From: the human T2T-CHM13v2.0 reference genome, Homo sapiens
Direction: 5' to 3' (one strand)
Assembly (NCBI RefSeq): GCF_009914755.1
Contig: NC_060925.1
DNA length: 64,000 bases
Of the stretch, positions 28,601-42,563 are shown piece after piece. Within the stretch, counting starts at the first letter, position 1. Each line of letters opens with the position of its first letter. The translations under genes and the position numbers were made by a program. Under the pieces are notes generated by a model. It had not been told where the DNA came from and did no database searches. It saw only the letters and a program-made list of their open reading frames with translations.

Positions 28601-31600
28601 ATAATCTAATGGAATTGAATGGAATAATCCACGGACTCGAATGCAATCATCATCGTATAGAATCGAATGGAATCATCGAATGGACTCGAATGGAATAATC
28701 ATTGAACGGAATCGAATGGAATCATCATCGGATGGAAACGAATGGAATCATCATCGAATGGAAATGAAAGGAGTCATCATCTAATGGAATTGCATGGAAT
28801 CATCATCAAATGGAATCGAATGGAATCAACAGCAAATGGAATCAAATGGAATCATTGAACGGAATTGAATGGAATCGTCATCCAATGAATGAATGCAATC
28901 ATCGAATGGTCTCGAATGCAATCATCTTCAAATGGAATGGAATGGAATCATCGCATAGAATCGAATGGAATTATCATCGAATGGAATCGAATGGTATCAA
29001 CATCAAACGGAAAAAAACGGAATTATCGAATGGAATCGAATAGAATCATCGAATGGACCCGAATGGAATCATCGAATGGAATGGAATGGAATAATCCATG
29101 GACTCGAATGCAATCATCGTCGAATGGAATCGAATGGAATCATCGAATGGACTCGAATGGAATAATCATTGAACAGAATCGAATGGAATCATCATCGGAT
29201 GGAAACGAATGGAATCATCATCGAATGGAAATGAAAGGAGTCATCATCTAATGGAATTGCATGGAATCATCATCAAATGGAATCGAATGGAATCAACATC
29301 AAATGGAATCAAATGGAATCATTGAACGGAATTGAATGGAATCGTCATCGAATGAATTGAATGCAATCATCGAATGGTCTCGAGTGGAATCATCTTCAAA
29401 TGGAATGGAATGGAATCATCGCATAGAATCGAATGGAATTATCATCGAATGGAATCGAATGGTATCAACATCAAACGGAAAAAAACGGAATTATCGAATG
29501 GAATCGAAGAGAATCTTCGAACGGACCCGAATGGAATCATCTAATGGAATGGAATGGAATAATCCATGGACTGGAAGGCAATCATCATTGAACGGAATCG
29601 AAAGGAATCATCATCGGATGGAAACGAATGGAATCATCATCGAATGGAAATGAAAGGAGTCATCATCTAATGGAATTGCATGGAATCATCATAAAATGGA
29701 ATCGAATGGAATCAACATCAAATGGAATCAAATGGAATCATTGAACGGAATTGAATGGAATCGTCATCGAATGAATTGAATGCAATCATCGAATGGTCTC
29801 GAATGGAATCATCTTCAAATGGAATGGAATGGAATCATCGCATAGAATCGAATGGAATTATCATCGAATGGAATCGAATGGAATCAACATCAAACGGAAA
29901 AAAACGGAATTATCGAATGGAATCGAATAGAATCATCGAATGGACCCGAATGGAATCATCTAATGGAATGGAATGGAATAATCCGTGGACTCGAATGCAA
30001 TCATCATCGAATGTAATCGAATGGAATCATCCAATGGACTTGAATGGAATAATCATTGAACGGAATCGAATGGAATCATCATCGGATGGAAATGAATGGA
30101 ATCATCATCGAATGGAATCGAATAGAATTATGGAATGAAATCCAGTGTGATCATCATCGAATGGACCCGAATGGAATCATCATCCAACGGATGCTAATGG
30201 AATCAACATCGAATGAATCAAATGGAAACACCATCGAATTGAAACGAATGGAATTACCATGAAATTGAAATGGATGGACTCATCATCGAATGGATTCGAA
30301 TGGAATCATCGAATAAAATTGATTGAAATCATCATCGAATGGAATCGAATGGATTCATTGAATGGAATCAGATGGAATCATCGAATGGACTGGAATGGAA
30401 TCATTGAATGGACACGAAAGAGATCATGATTGAATGGAATTGAATGGAATCATCGAATGGTCTCGATTGGAATCATTATCAAATGGAATCGAATGGAATC
30501 ACCGAATAGAATCGAATGGAACAATCATCGAATGGACTCAAATGGAATTATCCTCAAATGGAATGGAATGGAATTATCGAATGCAATCGAATGGAATTAT
30601 CGAATGCAATCGAATAGAATCATTGAATGGACTCGAATGGAATAATCATTGAACGGAATCGAATGGAATCATCATCGGATGGAAACGAATGGAATCATCA
30701 TCGAATGGAAATGAAAGGAGTCATCATCTAATGGAATTGCATGGAATCATCATAAAATGGAATCGAATGGAATCAACATCAAATGGAATCAAATGGAATC
30801 ATTGAACGGAATTGAATGGAATCGTCATCGAATGAATTGAATGCAATCATCGAATGGTCTCGAATGGAATCATCTTCAAATGGAATGGAATGGAATCATC
30901 GCATAGAATCGAATGGAATTATCATCGAATGGAATCGAATGGAATCAACATCAAACGGAAAAAAACGGAATTATCGAATGGAATCGAAGAGAATCATCGA
31001 ATGGACCCGAATGGAATCATCTAATGGAATGGAATGGAATAATCCATGGACTCGAATGCAATCATCATCGAATGGAATCGAATGGAATCATCGAATGGAC
31101 CCGAATGGAATAATCATTGAATGGAATCGAATGGAATCATCATCGGATGGAAATGAAAGGAGTCATCATCTAATGGAATTGCATGGAATCATCATAAAAT
31201 GGAATCGAATGGAATCAACATCAAATGGAATCAAATGGAATCATTGAACGGAATTGAATGGAATCGTGATCGAATGAATTGAATGCAATCATCGAATGGT
31301 CTCGAATGGAATCATCTTCAAATGGAATGGAATGGAATCATCGCATAGAATCGAATGGAATTATCATCGAATGGAATCGAATGGAATCAACATCAAACGG
31401 AAAAAAACGGAATTATCGAATGGAATCGAAGAGAATCATCGAATGGACCCGAATGGAATCATCTAATGAAACGGAATGGAATAATCCATGGACTCGAATG
31501 CAATCATCATCGAATGGAATCGAATGGAATCATCGAATGGACTCGAATGGAATAATCATTGAACGGAATCGAATGGAATCATCATCGGATGGAAATGAAT

Positions 31601-34600
31601 GGAATCATCATCGAATGGAATCGAATAGAATTATGGAATGAAATCCAGTGTGATCATCATCGAATGGACCCGAATGGAATCATCATCCAACGGAAGCTAA
31701 TGGAATCAACATCGAATGAATCAAATGGAAACACCATCGAATTGAAACGAATGGAATTACCATGAAATTGAAATGGATGGACTCATCATCGAATGGATTC
31801 GAATGGAATCATCGAATAAAATTGATTGAAATCATCAACGAATGGAATCGAATGGTATCATTGAATGGAATCGAATGGAATCATCATCAGATGGAAATGA
31901 ATGGAATCGTCATAGAATGGAATCGAATGGATTCATTGAATGGAATCAGATGGAATCATCGAATGGACTGGAATGGAATCATTGAATGGACTCGAAAGGG
32001 ATCATGATTGAATGGAATTGAATGGAATCATCGAATGGTCTCGATTGGAATCATTATCAAATGGAATCGAATGGAATCACCGAATAGAATCGAATGGAAC
32101 AATCATCGAATGGACTCAAATGGAATTATCCTCAAATGGAATCGAATGGAATTATCAAATGCAATCGAATGGAATTATCGAATGCAATCGAATAGAATCA
32201 TCGAATGGACTCGAATGGAATCATCGAATGGAATGGAATGGAACAGTCAATGAACTCGAATGGAATCATCATTGAATGGAATCGAATGGAATCATCGAGT
32301 GGAATCGAATGGAATTATGATCAAATGGAATCGAATGTAATCATCATCAAATGGAATCAAAAATAACCATCATCAATTGGTAATGAATGGAATTGTCATC
32401 AAATGGAATTCAAAGGAATCATCATCAAATGGAACCGAATGGAATCCTCATTGAATGGAAATGAAAGGGGTCATCATCTAATGGAATCGCATGGAATCAT
32501 CATCAAATGGAGTCGAATGGAATCATCATCAAATGGAATCTAATGGAATCATTGAACAGAATTGAATGGAATCGTCATCGAATGAATTGAATGCAATCAT
32601 CGAATGGTCTCGAATGGAATCATCTTCTAATGGAAAGGAATGGAATCATCGCATAGAATCGAATGGAATTATCATCGAATGGAATCGAATGGTATCAACA
32701 CCAAACGGAAAAAAACGGAATTATGGAATGGAATCGAAGAGAATCTTCGAACGGACCCGAATGGAATCATCTAATGGAATGGAATGGAATAATCCATGGA
32801 CTCGAATGCAATCATCATCGAATGGAATCAAATGGAATCATCGAATCGACTCGAATGGAATAATCATTGAACGGAATCGAATGGAATCATCATCGGATGG
32901 AAACGAATGGAATCATCATCGAATGGAAATGAAAGGAGTCATCATCTAATGGAATTGCATGGAATCATCATAAAATGGATTCGAATGGAATCAACATCAA
33001 ATGGAATCAAATGGAATCATTGAACGGAATTGAATGGAATCGTCATCGAATGAATTGAATGCAATCATCGAATGGTCTCGAATGGAATCATCTTCAAATG
33101 GAATGGAATGGAATCATCGCATAGAATCGAATGGAATTATCATCGAATGGAATCGAATGGAATCAACATCAAACGGAAAAAAACGGAATTATCGAATGGA
33201 ATCGAAGAGAATCATCGAATGGACCCGAATGGAAACATCTAATGGAATGGAATGGAATAATCCATGGACTCGAATGCAATCATCGTCAAATGGAATCGAA
33301 TGGAATCATCGAATGGATTCGAATGGAATAATCATTGAACGGAATCGAATGGAATCATCATCGGATGGAAATGAATGGAATCATCATCGAATGGAATCGA
33401 ATAGAATTATGGAATGAAATCCAGTGTGATCATCATCGAATGGACCCGAATGGAATCATCATCCAACGGAAGCTAATGGAATCAACATCGAATGAATCAA
33501 ATGGAAACACCATCGAATTGAAACGAATGGAATTACCATGAAATTGAAATGGATGGACTCATCATCGAATGGATTCGAATGGAATCATCGAATAAAATTG
33601 ATTGAAATCATCATCGAATGGAATCGAATGGTATCATTGAATGGAATCGAATGGAATCATCATCAGATGGAAATGAATGGAATCGTCATAGAATGGAATC
33701 GAATGGATTCATTGAATGGAATCATAATGAATCATCGAATGGACTGGAATGGAATCATTGAATGGACTCGAAAGGGATCATGATTGAATGGAATTGAATG
33801 GAATCATCGAATGGTCTCGATTGGAATCATTATCAAATGGAATCGAATGGAATCACCGAATAGAATCGAATGGAACAATCATCGAATGGACTCAAATGGA
33901 ATTATCCTCAAATGGAATGGAATGGAATTATCGAATGCAATCGAATGGAATTATCGAATGCAATCGAATAGAATCATCGAATGGACTCGAATGGAATCAT
34001 CGAATGGAATGGAATGGAACAGTCAATGAACTCGAATGGAATCATCATTGAATGGAATCGAATGGAATCATCGAGTGGAATCGAATGGAATTATGATCAA
34101 ATGGAATCGAATGTAATCATCATCAAATGGAATCAAAAATAACCATCATCAATTGGTATTGAATGGAATTGTCATCAAATGGAATTCAAAGGAATCATCA
34201 TCAAATGGAACCGAATGGAATCCTCATTGAATGGAAATGAAAGGGGTCATCATCTAATGGAATCGCATGGAATCATCATCAAATGGAATCGAATGGAATC
34301 ATCATCAAATGGAATCTAATGGAATCATTGAAAAGAATTGAATGGAATCGTCATCGAATGAATTGAATGCAATCATCGAATGGTCTCGAATGGAATCATC
34401 TTCTAATGGAAAGGAATGGAATCATCGCATAGAATCGAATGGAATTATCATCGAATGGAATCGAATGGTATCAACACCAAACGGAAAAAAACGGAATTAT
34501 CGAATGGAATCGAAGAGAATCTTCGAACGGACCCGAATGGAATCATCTAATGGAATGGAATGGAATAATCCATGGACTCGAATGCAATCATCATCGAATG

Positions 34601-37600
34601 GAATCGAATGGAATCATCGAATGGACTTGAATGGAATAATCATTGAACGGAATCGATTGGAATCATCATCGGATGGAAACGAATGGAATCATCATCGAAT
34701 GGAAATGAAAGGAGTCATCATCTAATGGAATTGCATGGAATCATCATAAAATGGAATCGAATGGAATCAACATCAAATGGAATCAAATGGAATCATTGAA
34801 CGGAATTGAATGGAATCGTCATCGAATGAATTGACTGCAATCATCCAATGGTCTCGAATGGAATCATCTTCAAATGGAATGGAATGGAATCATCGCATAG
34901 AATCGAATGGAATTATCATCGAATGGAATCGAATGGAATCAACATCCAACGGAAAAAAACGGAATTATCGAATGGAATCGAAGAGAATCATCGAATGGAC
35001 CCGAATGGAATCATCTAATGGAATGGAATGGAATAATCCATGGACTCGAATGCAATCATCATCGAATGGAATCGAATGGAATCATCGAATGGACTCGAAT
35101 GGAATAATCATTGAACGGAATCGAATGGAATCATCATCGGATGGAAATGAATGGAATCATCATCGAATGGAATCGAATAGAATTATGGAATGAAATCCAG
35201 TGTGATCATCATCGAATGGACCCGAATGGAATCATCATCCAACGGAAGCTAATGGAATCAACATCGAATGAATCAAATGGAAACACCATCGAATTGAAAC
35301 GAATGGAATTATCATGAAATTGAAATGGATGGACTCATCATCGAATGGATTCGAATGGAATCATCGAATAAAATTGATTGAAATCATCATCCAATGGAAT
35401 CGAATGGTATCATTGAATGGAATCGAATGGAATCATCATCAGATGGAAATGAATGGAATCGTCATAGAATGGAATCGAATGGATTCATTGAATGGAATCA
35501 GATGGAATCATCGAATGGACTGGAATGGAATCATTGAATGGACTCGAAAGGGATCATTATTGAATGGAATTGAATGGAATCATCGAATGGTCTCGATTGG
35601 AATCATTATCAAATGGAATCGAATGGAATCACCGAATAGAATCGAATGGAACAATCATCGAATGGACTCAAATGGAATCATCCTCAAATGGAATGGAATG
35701 GAATTATCGAATGCAATCGAATAGAATCATCGAATGGACTCGAATGGAATCATCGAATGGAATGGAATGGAACAGTCAATGAACTCGAATGGAATCATCA
35801 TTGAATGGAATCGAATGGAATCATCGAGTGGAATCGAATGGAATTATGATCAAATGGAATCTAATGTAATAATCATCAAATGGAATCAAAAATAACCATC
35901 ATCAATTGGTATTGAATGGAATTGTCATCAAATGGAATTCAAAGGAATCATCATCAAATGGAACCGAATGGAATCCTCATTGAATGGAAATGAAAGGGGT
36001 CATCATCTAATGGAATCGCATGGAATCATCATCAAATGGAATCGAATGGAATCATCATCAAATGGAATCTGATGGAATCATTGAACAGAATTGAATGGAA
36101 TCGTCATCGAATGAATTGAATGCAATCATCGAATGGTCTCGAATGGAATCATCTTCTAATGGAAAGGAATGGAATCATCGCATAGAATCGAATGGAATTA
36201 ACATTGAATGGACTCGAATGGAATCAACATCAAACGGAATCAAGCGGAATTATCGAATGGAATCGAAGAGAATCATCGAATGGACTCGAATGGAATAATC
36301 TAATGGAATTGAATGGAATAATCCACGGACTCGAATGCAATCATCATCGTATAGAATCGAATGGAATCATCGAATGGACTCGAATGGAATAATCATTGAA
36401 CGGAATCGAATGGAATCATCATCGGATGGAAACGAATGGAATCATCATCGAATGGAAATGAAAGGAGTCATCATCTAATGGAATTGCATGGAATCATCAT
36501 CAAATGGAATCGAATGGAATCAACAGCAAATGGAATCAAATGTAATCATTGAACGGAATTGAATGGAATCGTCATCCAATGAATGAATGCAATCATCGAA
36601 TGGTCTCGAATGCAATCATCTTCAAATGGAATGGAATGGAATCATCGCATAGAATCGAATGGAATTATCATCGAATGGAATCGAATGGTATCAACATCAA
36701 ACGGAAAAAAACGGAATTATCGAATGAAATCGAATAGAATCATCGAATGGACCCGAATGGAATCATCTAATGGAATGGAATGGAATAATCCACGGACTCG
36801 AATGCAATCATCGTCGAATGGAATCGAATGGAATCATCGAATGGACTCGAATGGAATAATCATTGAACAGAATCGAATGGAATCATCATCGGATGGAAAC
36901 GAATGGAATCATCATCGAATGGAAATGAAAGGAGTCATCATCTAATGGAATCGCATGGAATCATCATCAAATGGAATCGAATGGAATCATCATCAAATGG
37001 AATCTAATGGAATCATTGAAAAGAATTGAATGGAATCGTCATCGAATGAATTGAATGCAATCATCGAATGGTCTCGAATGGAATCATCTTCTAATGGAAA
37101 GGAATGGAATCATCGCATAGAATCGAATGGAATTATCATCGAATGGAATCGAATGGTATCAACACCAAACGGAAAAAAACGGAATTATCGAATGGAATCG
37201 AAGAGAATCTTCGAACGGACCCGAATGGAATCATCTAATGGAATGGAATGGAATAATCCATGGACTCGAATGCAATCATCATCGAATGGAATCGAATGGA
37301 ATCATCGAATGGACTTGAATGGAATAATCATTGAACGGAATCGATTGGAATCATCATCGGATGGAAACGAATGGAATCATCATCGAATGGAAATGAAAGG
37401 AGTCATCATCTAATGGAATTGCATGGAATCATCATAAAATGGAATCGAATGGAATCAACATCAAATGGAATCAAATGGAATCATTGAACGGAATTGAATG
37501 GAATCGTCATCGAATGAATTGACTGCAATCATCCAATGGTCTCGAATGGAATCATCTTCAAATGGAATGGAATGGAATCATCGCATAGAATCGAATGGAA

Positions 37601-40600
37601 TTATCATCGAATGGAATCGAATGGAATCAACATCCAACGGAAAAAAACGGAATTATCGAATGGAATCGAAGAGAATCATCGAATGGACCCGAATGGAATC
37701 ATCTAATGGAATGGAATGGAATAATCCATGGACTCGAATGCAATCATCATCGAATGGAATCGAATGGAATCATCGAATGGACTCGAATGGAATAATCATT
37801 GAACGGAATCGAATGGAATCATCATCGGATGGAAATGAATGGAATCATCAACGAATGGAATCGAATAGAATTATGGAATGAAATCCAGTGTGATCATCAT
37901 CGAATGGACCCGAATGGAATCATCATCCAACGGGAGCTAATGGAATCAACATCGAATGAATCAAATGGAAACACCATCGAATTGAAACGAATGGAATTAT
38001 CATGAAATTGAAATGGATGGACTCATCATCGAATGGATTCGAATGGAATCATCGAATAAAATTGATTGAAATCATCATCCAATGGAATCGAATGGTATCA
38101 TTGAATGGAATCGAATGGAATCATCATCAGATGGAAATGAATGGAATCGTCATAGAATGGAATCGAATGGATTCATTGAATGGAATCAGATGGAATCATC
38201 GAATGGACTGGAATGGAATCATTGAATGGACTCGAAAGGGATCATTATTGAATGGAATTGAATGGAATCATCGAATGGTCTCGATTGGAATCATTATCAA
38301 ATGGAATCGAATGGAATCACCGAATAGAATCGAATGGAACAATCATCGAATGGACTCAAATGGAATCATCCTCAAATGGAATGGAATGGAATTATCGAAT
38401 GCAATCGAATAGAATCATCGAATGGACTCGAATGGAATCATCGAATGGAATGGAATGGAACAGTCAATGAACTCGAATGGAATCATCATTGAATGGAATC
38501 GAATGGAATCATCGAGTGGAATCGAATGGAATTATGATCAAATGGAATCTAATGTAATAATCATCAAATGGAATCAAAAATAACCATCATCAATTGGTAT
38601 TGAATGGAATTGTCATCAAATGGAATTCAAAGGAATCATCATCAAATGGAACCGAATGGAATCCTCATTGAATGGAAATGAAAGGGGTCATCATCTAATG
38701 GAATCGCATGGAATCATCATCAAATGGAATCGAATGGAATCATCATCAAATGGAATCTGATGGAATCATTGAACAGAATTGAATGGAATCGTCATCGAAT
38801 GAATTGAATGCAATCATCGAATGGTCTCGAATGGAATCATCTTCTAATGGAAAGGAATGGAATCATCGCATAGAATCGAATGGAATTAACATTGAATGGA
38901 CTCGAATGGAATCAACATCAAACGGAATCAAGCGGAATTATCGAATGGAATCGAAGAGAATCTTCGAATGGACTCGAATGGAATAATCTAATGGAATTGA
39001 ATGGAATAATCCACGGACTCGAATGCAATCATCATCGTATAGAATCGAATGGAATCATCGAATGGACTCGAATGGAATAATCATTGAACGGAATCGAATG
39101 GAATCATCATCGGATGGAAACGAATGGAATCATCATCGAATGGAAATGAAAGGAGTCATCATCTAATGGAATTGCATGGAATCATCATCAAATGGAATCG
39201 AATGGAATCAACAGCAAATGGAATCAAATGTAATCATTGAACGGAATTGAATGGAATCGTCATCGAATGAATTGAATGCAATCATCGAATGGTCTCGAGT
39301 GGAATCATCTTCAAATGGAATGGAATGGAATCATCGCATAGAATCGAATGGAATTATCATCGAATGGAATCGAATGGTATCAACATCAAACGGAAAAAAA
39401 CGGAATTATCGAATGGAATCGAAGAGAATCTTCGAACGGACCCGAATGGAATCATCTAATGGAATGGAATGGAATAATCCATGGACTGGAAGGCAATCAT
39501 CATTGAACGGAATCGAAAGGAATCATCATCGGATGGAAACGAATGGAATCATCATCGAATGGAAATGAAAGGAGTCATCATCTAATGGAATTGCATGGAA
39601 TCATCATAAAATGGAATCGAATGGAATCAACATCAAATGGAATCAAATGGAATCATTGAACGGAATTGAATGGAATCGTCATCGAATGAATTGAATGCAA
39701 TCATCGAATGGTCTCGAATGGAATCATCTTCAAATGGAATGGAATGGAATCATCGCATAGAATCGAGTGGAATTATCATCGAATGGAATCGAATGGAATC
39801 AACATCAAACGGAAAAAAACGGAATTATCGAATGGAATCGAATAGAATCATCGAATGGACCCGAATGGAATCATCTAATGGAATGGAATGGAATAATCCA
39901 CGGACTCGAATGCAATCATCGTCGAATGGAATCGAATGGAATCATCGAATGGACTCGAATGGAATAATCATTGAACAGAATCGAATGGAATCATCATCGG
40001 ATGGAAACGAATGGAATCATCATCGAATGGAAATGAAAGGAGTCATCATCTAATGGAATTGCATGGAATCATCATCAAATGGAATCGAATGGAATCAACA
40101 TCAAATGGAATCAAATGGAATCATTGAACGGAATTGAATGGAATCGTCATCGAATGAATTGAATGCAATCATCGAATGGTCTCGAGTGGAATCATCTTCA
40201 AATGGAATGGAATGGAATCATCGCATAGAATCGAATGGAATTATCATCGAATGGAATCGAATGGTATCAACATCAAACGGAAAAAAACGGAATTATCGAA
40301 TGGAATCGAAGAGAATCTTCGAACGGACCCGAATGGAATCATCTAATGGAATGGAATGGAATAATCCATGGACTGGAAGGCAATCATCATTGAACGGAAT
40401 CGAAAGGAATCATCATCGGATGGAAACGAATGGAATCATCATCGAATGGAAATGAAAGGAGTCATCATCTAATGGAATTGCATGGAATCATCATAAAATG
40501 GAATCGAATGGAATCAACATCAAATGGAATCAAATGGAATCATTGAACGGAATTGAATGGAATCGTCATCGAATGAATTGAATGCAATCATCGAATGGTC

Positions 40601-42563
40601 TCGAATGGAATCATCTTCAAATGGAATGGAATGGAATCATCGCATAGAATCGAATGGAATTATCATCGAATGGAATCGAATGGAATCAACATCAAACGGA
40701 AAAAAACGGAATTATCGAATGGAATCGAATAGAATCATCGAATGGACCCGAATGGAATCATCTAATGGAATGGAATGGAATAATCCGTGGACTCGAATGC
40801 AATCATCATCGAATGTAATCGAATGGAATCATCCAATGGACTCGAATGGAATAATCATTGAACGGAATCGAATGGAATCATCATCGGATGGAAATGAATG
40901 GAATCATCATCGAATGGAATCGAATAGAATTATGGAATGAAATCCAGTGTGATCATCATCGAATGGACCCGAATGGAATCATCATCCAACGGATGGTAAT
41001 GGAATCAACATCGAATGAATCAAATGGAAACACCATCGAATTGAAACGAATGGAATTACCATGAAATTGAAATGGATGGACTCATCATCGAATGGATTCG
41101 AATGGAATCATCGAATAAAATTGATTGAAATCATCATCGAATGGAATCGAATGGATTCATTGAATGGAATCACATGGAATCATCGAATGGACTGGAATGG
41201 AATCATTGAATGGACACGAAAGAGATCATGATTGAATGGAATTGAATGGAATCATCGAATGGTCTCGATTGGAATCATTATCAAATGGAATCGAATGGAA
41301 TCACCGAATAGAATCGAATGGAACAATCATCGAATGGACTCAAATGGAATTATCCTCAAATGGAATGGAATGGAATTATCGAATGCAATCGAATGGAATT
41401 ATCGAATGCAATCGAATAGAATCATTGAATGGACTCGAATGGAATAATCATTGAACGGAATCGAATGGAATCATCATCGGATGGAAACGAATGGAATCAT
41501 CATCGAATGGAAATGAAAGGAGTCATCATCTAATGGAATTGCATGGAATCATCATAAAATGGAATCGAATGGAATCAACATCAAATGGAATCAAATGGAA
41601 TCATTGAACGGAATTGAATGGAATCGTCATCGAATGAATTGAATGCAATCATCGAATGGTCTCGAATGGAATCATCTTCAAATGGAATGGAATGGAATCA
41701 TCGCATAGAATCGAATGGAATTATCATCGAATGGAATCGAATGGAATCAACATCAAACGGAAAAAAACGGAATTATCGAATGGAATCGAAGAGAATCATC
41801 GAATGGACCCGAATGGAATCATCTAATGGAATGGAATGGAATAATCCATGGACTCGAATGCAATCATCATCGAATGGAATCGAATGGAATCATCGAATGG
41901 ACCCGAATGGAATAATCATTGAATGGAATCGAATGGAATCATCATCGGATGGAAATGAAAGGAGTCATCATCTAATGGAATTGCATGGAATCATCATAAA
42001 ATGGAATCGAATGGAATCAACATCAAATGGAATCAAATGGAATCATTGAACGGAATTGAATGGAATCGTGATCGAATGAATTGAATGCAATCATCGAATG
42101 GTCTCGAATGGAATCATCTTCAAATGGAATGGAATGGAATCATCGCATAGAATCGAATGGAATTATCATCGAATGGAATCGAATGGAATCAACATCAAAC
42201 GGAAAAAAACGGAATTATCGAATGGAATCGAAGAGAATCATCGAATGGACCCGAATGGAATCATCTAATGAAACGGAATGGAATAATCCATGGACTCGAA
42301 TGCAATCATCATCGAATGGAATCGAATGGAATCATCGAATGGACTCGAATGGAGTAATCATTGAACGGAATCGAATGGAATCATCATCGGATGGAAATGA
42401 ATGGAATCATCATCGAATGGAATCGAATAGAATTATGGAATGAAATCCAGTGTGATCATCATCGAATGGACCCGAATGGAATCATCATCCAACGGAAGCT
42501 AATGGAATCAACATCGAATGAATCGAATGGAAACACCATCGAATTGAAACGAATGGAATTATC
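16606..42563 (+). repeat. Structurally variant domain containing three copies of a composite block spaced 10310 and 10802 bp
   Basis: Unit lengths are 1126, 2217, 1503, 1776, 1308, 1776, 1308, 2639, 1503, 1776, 1776, 2688, 3059 and 1503 bp. The 1503-bp units start at 19949, 30259 and 41061. Confidence 0.88.
34250..39250 (+). repeat. Near-tandem duplication with 2688-bp period
   Basis: Landmark pairs 34342/37030, 34810/37498, 35314/38002 and 36095/38783 share rare variants (GAAAAGAATTG, GGACTTGAA, AATCGATTGG, ATCCAATGGTCTC, CAAATGTAATC). Confidence 0.88.
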
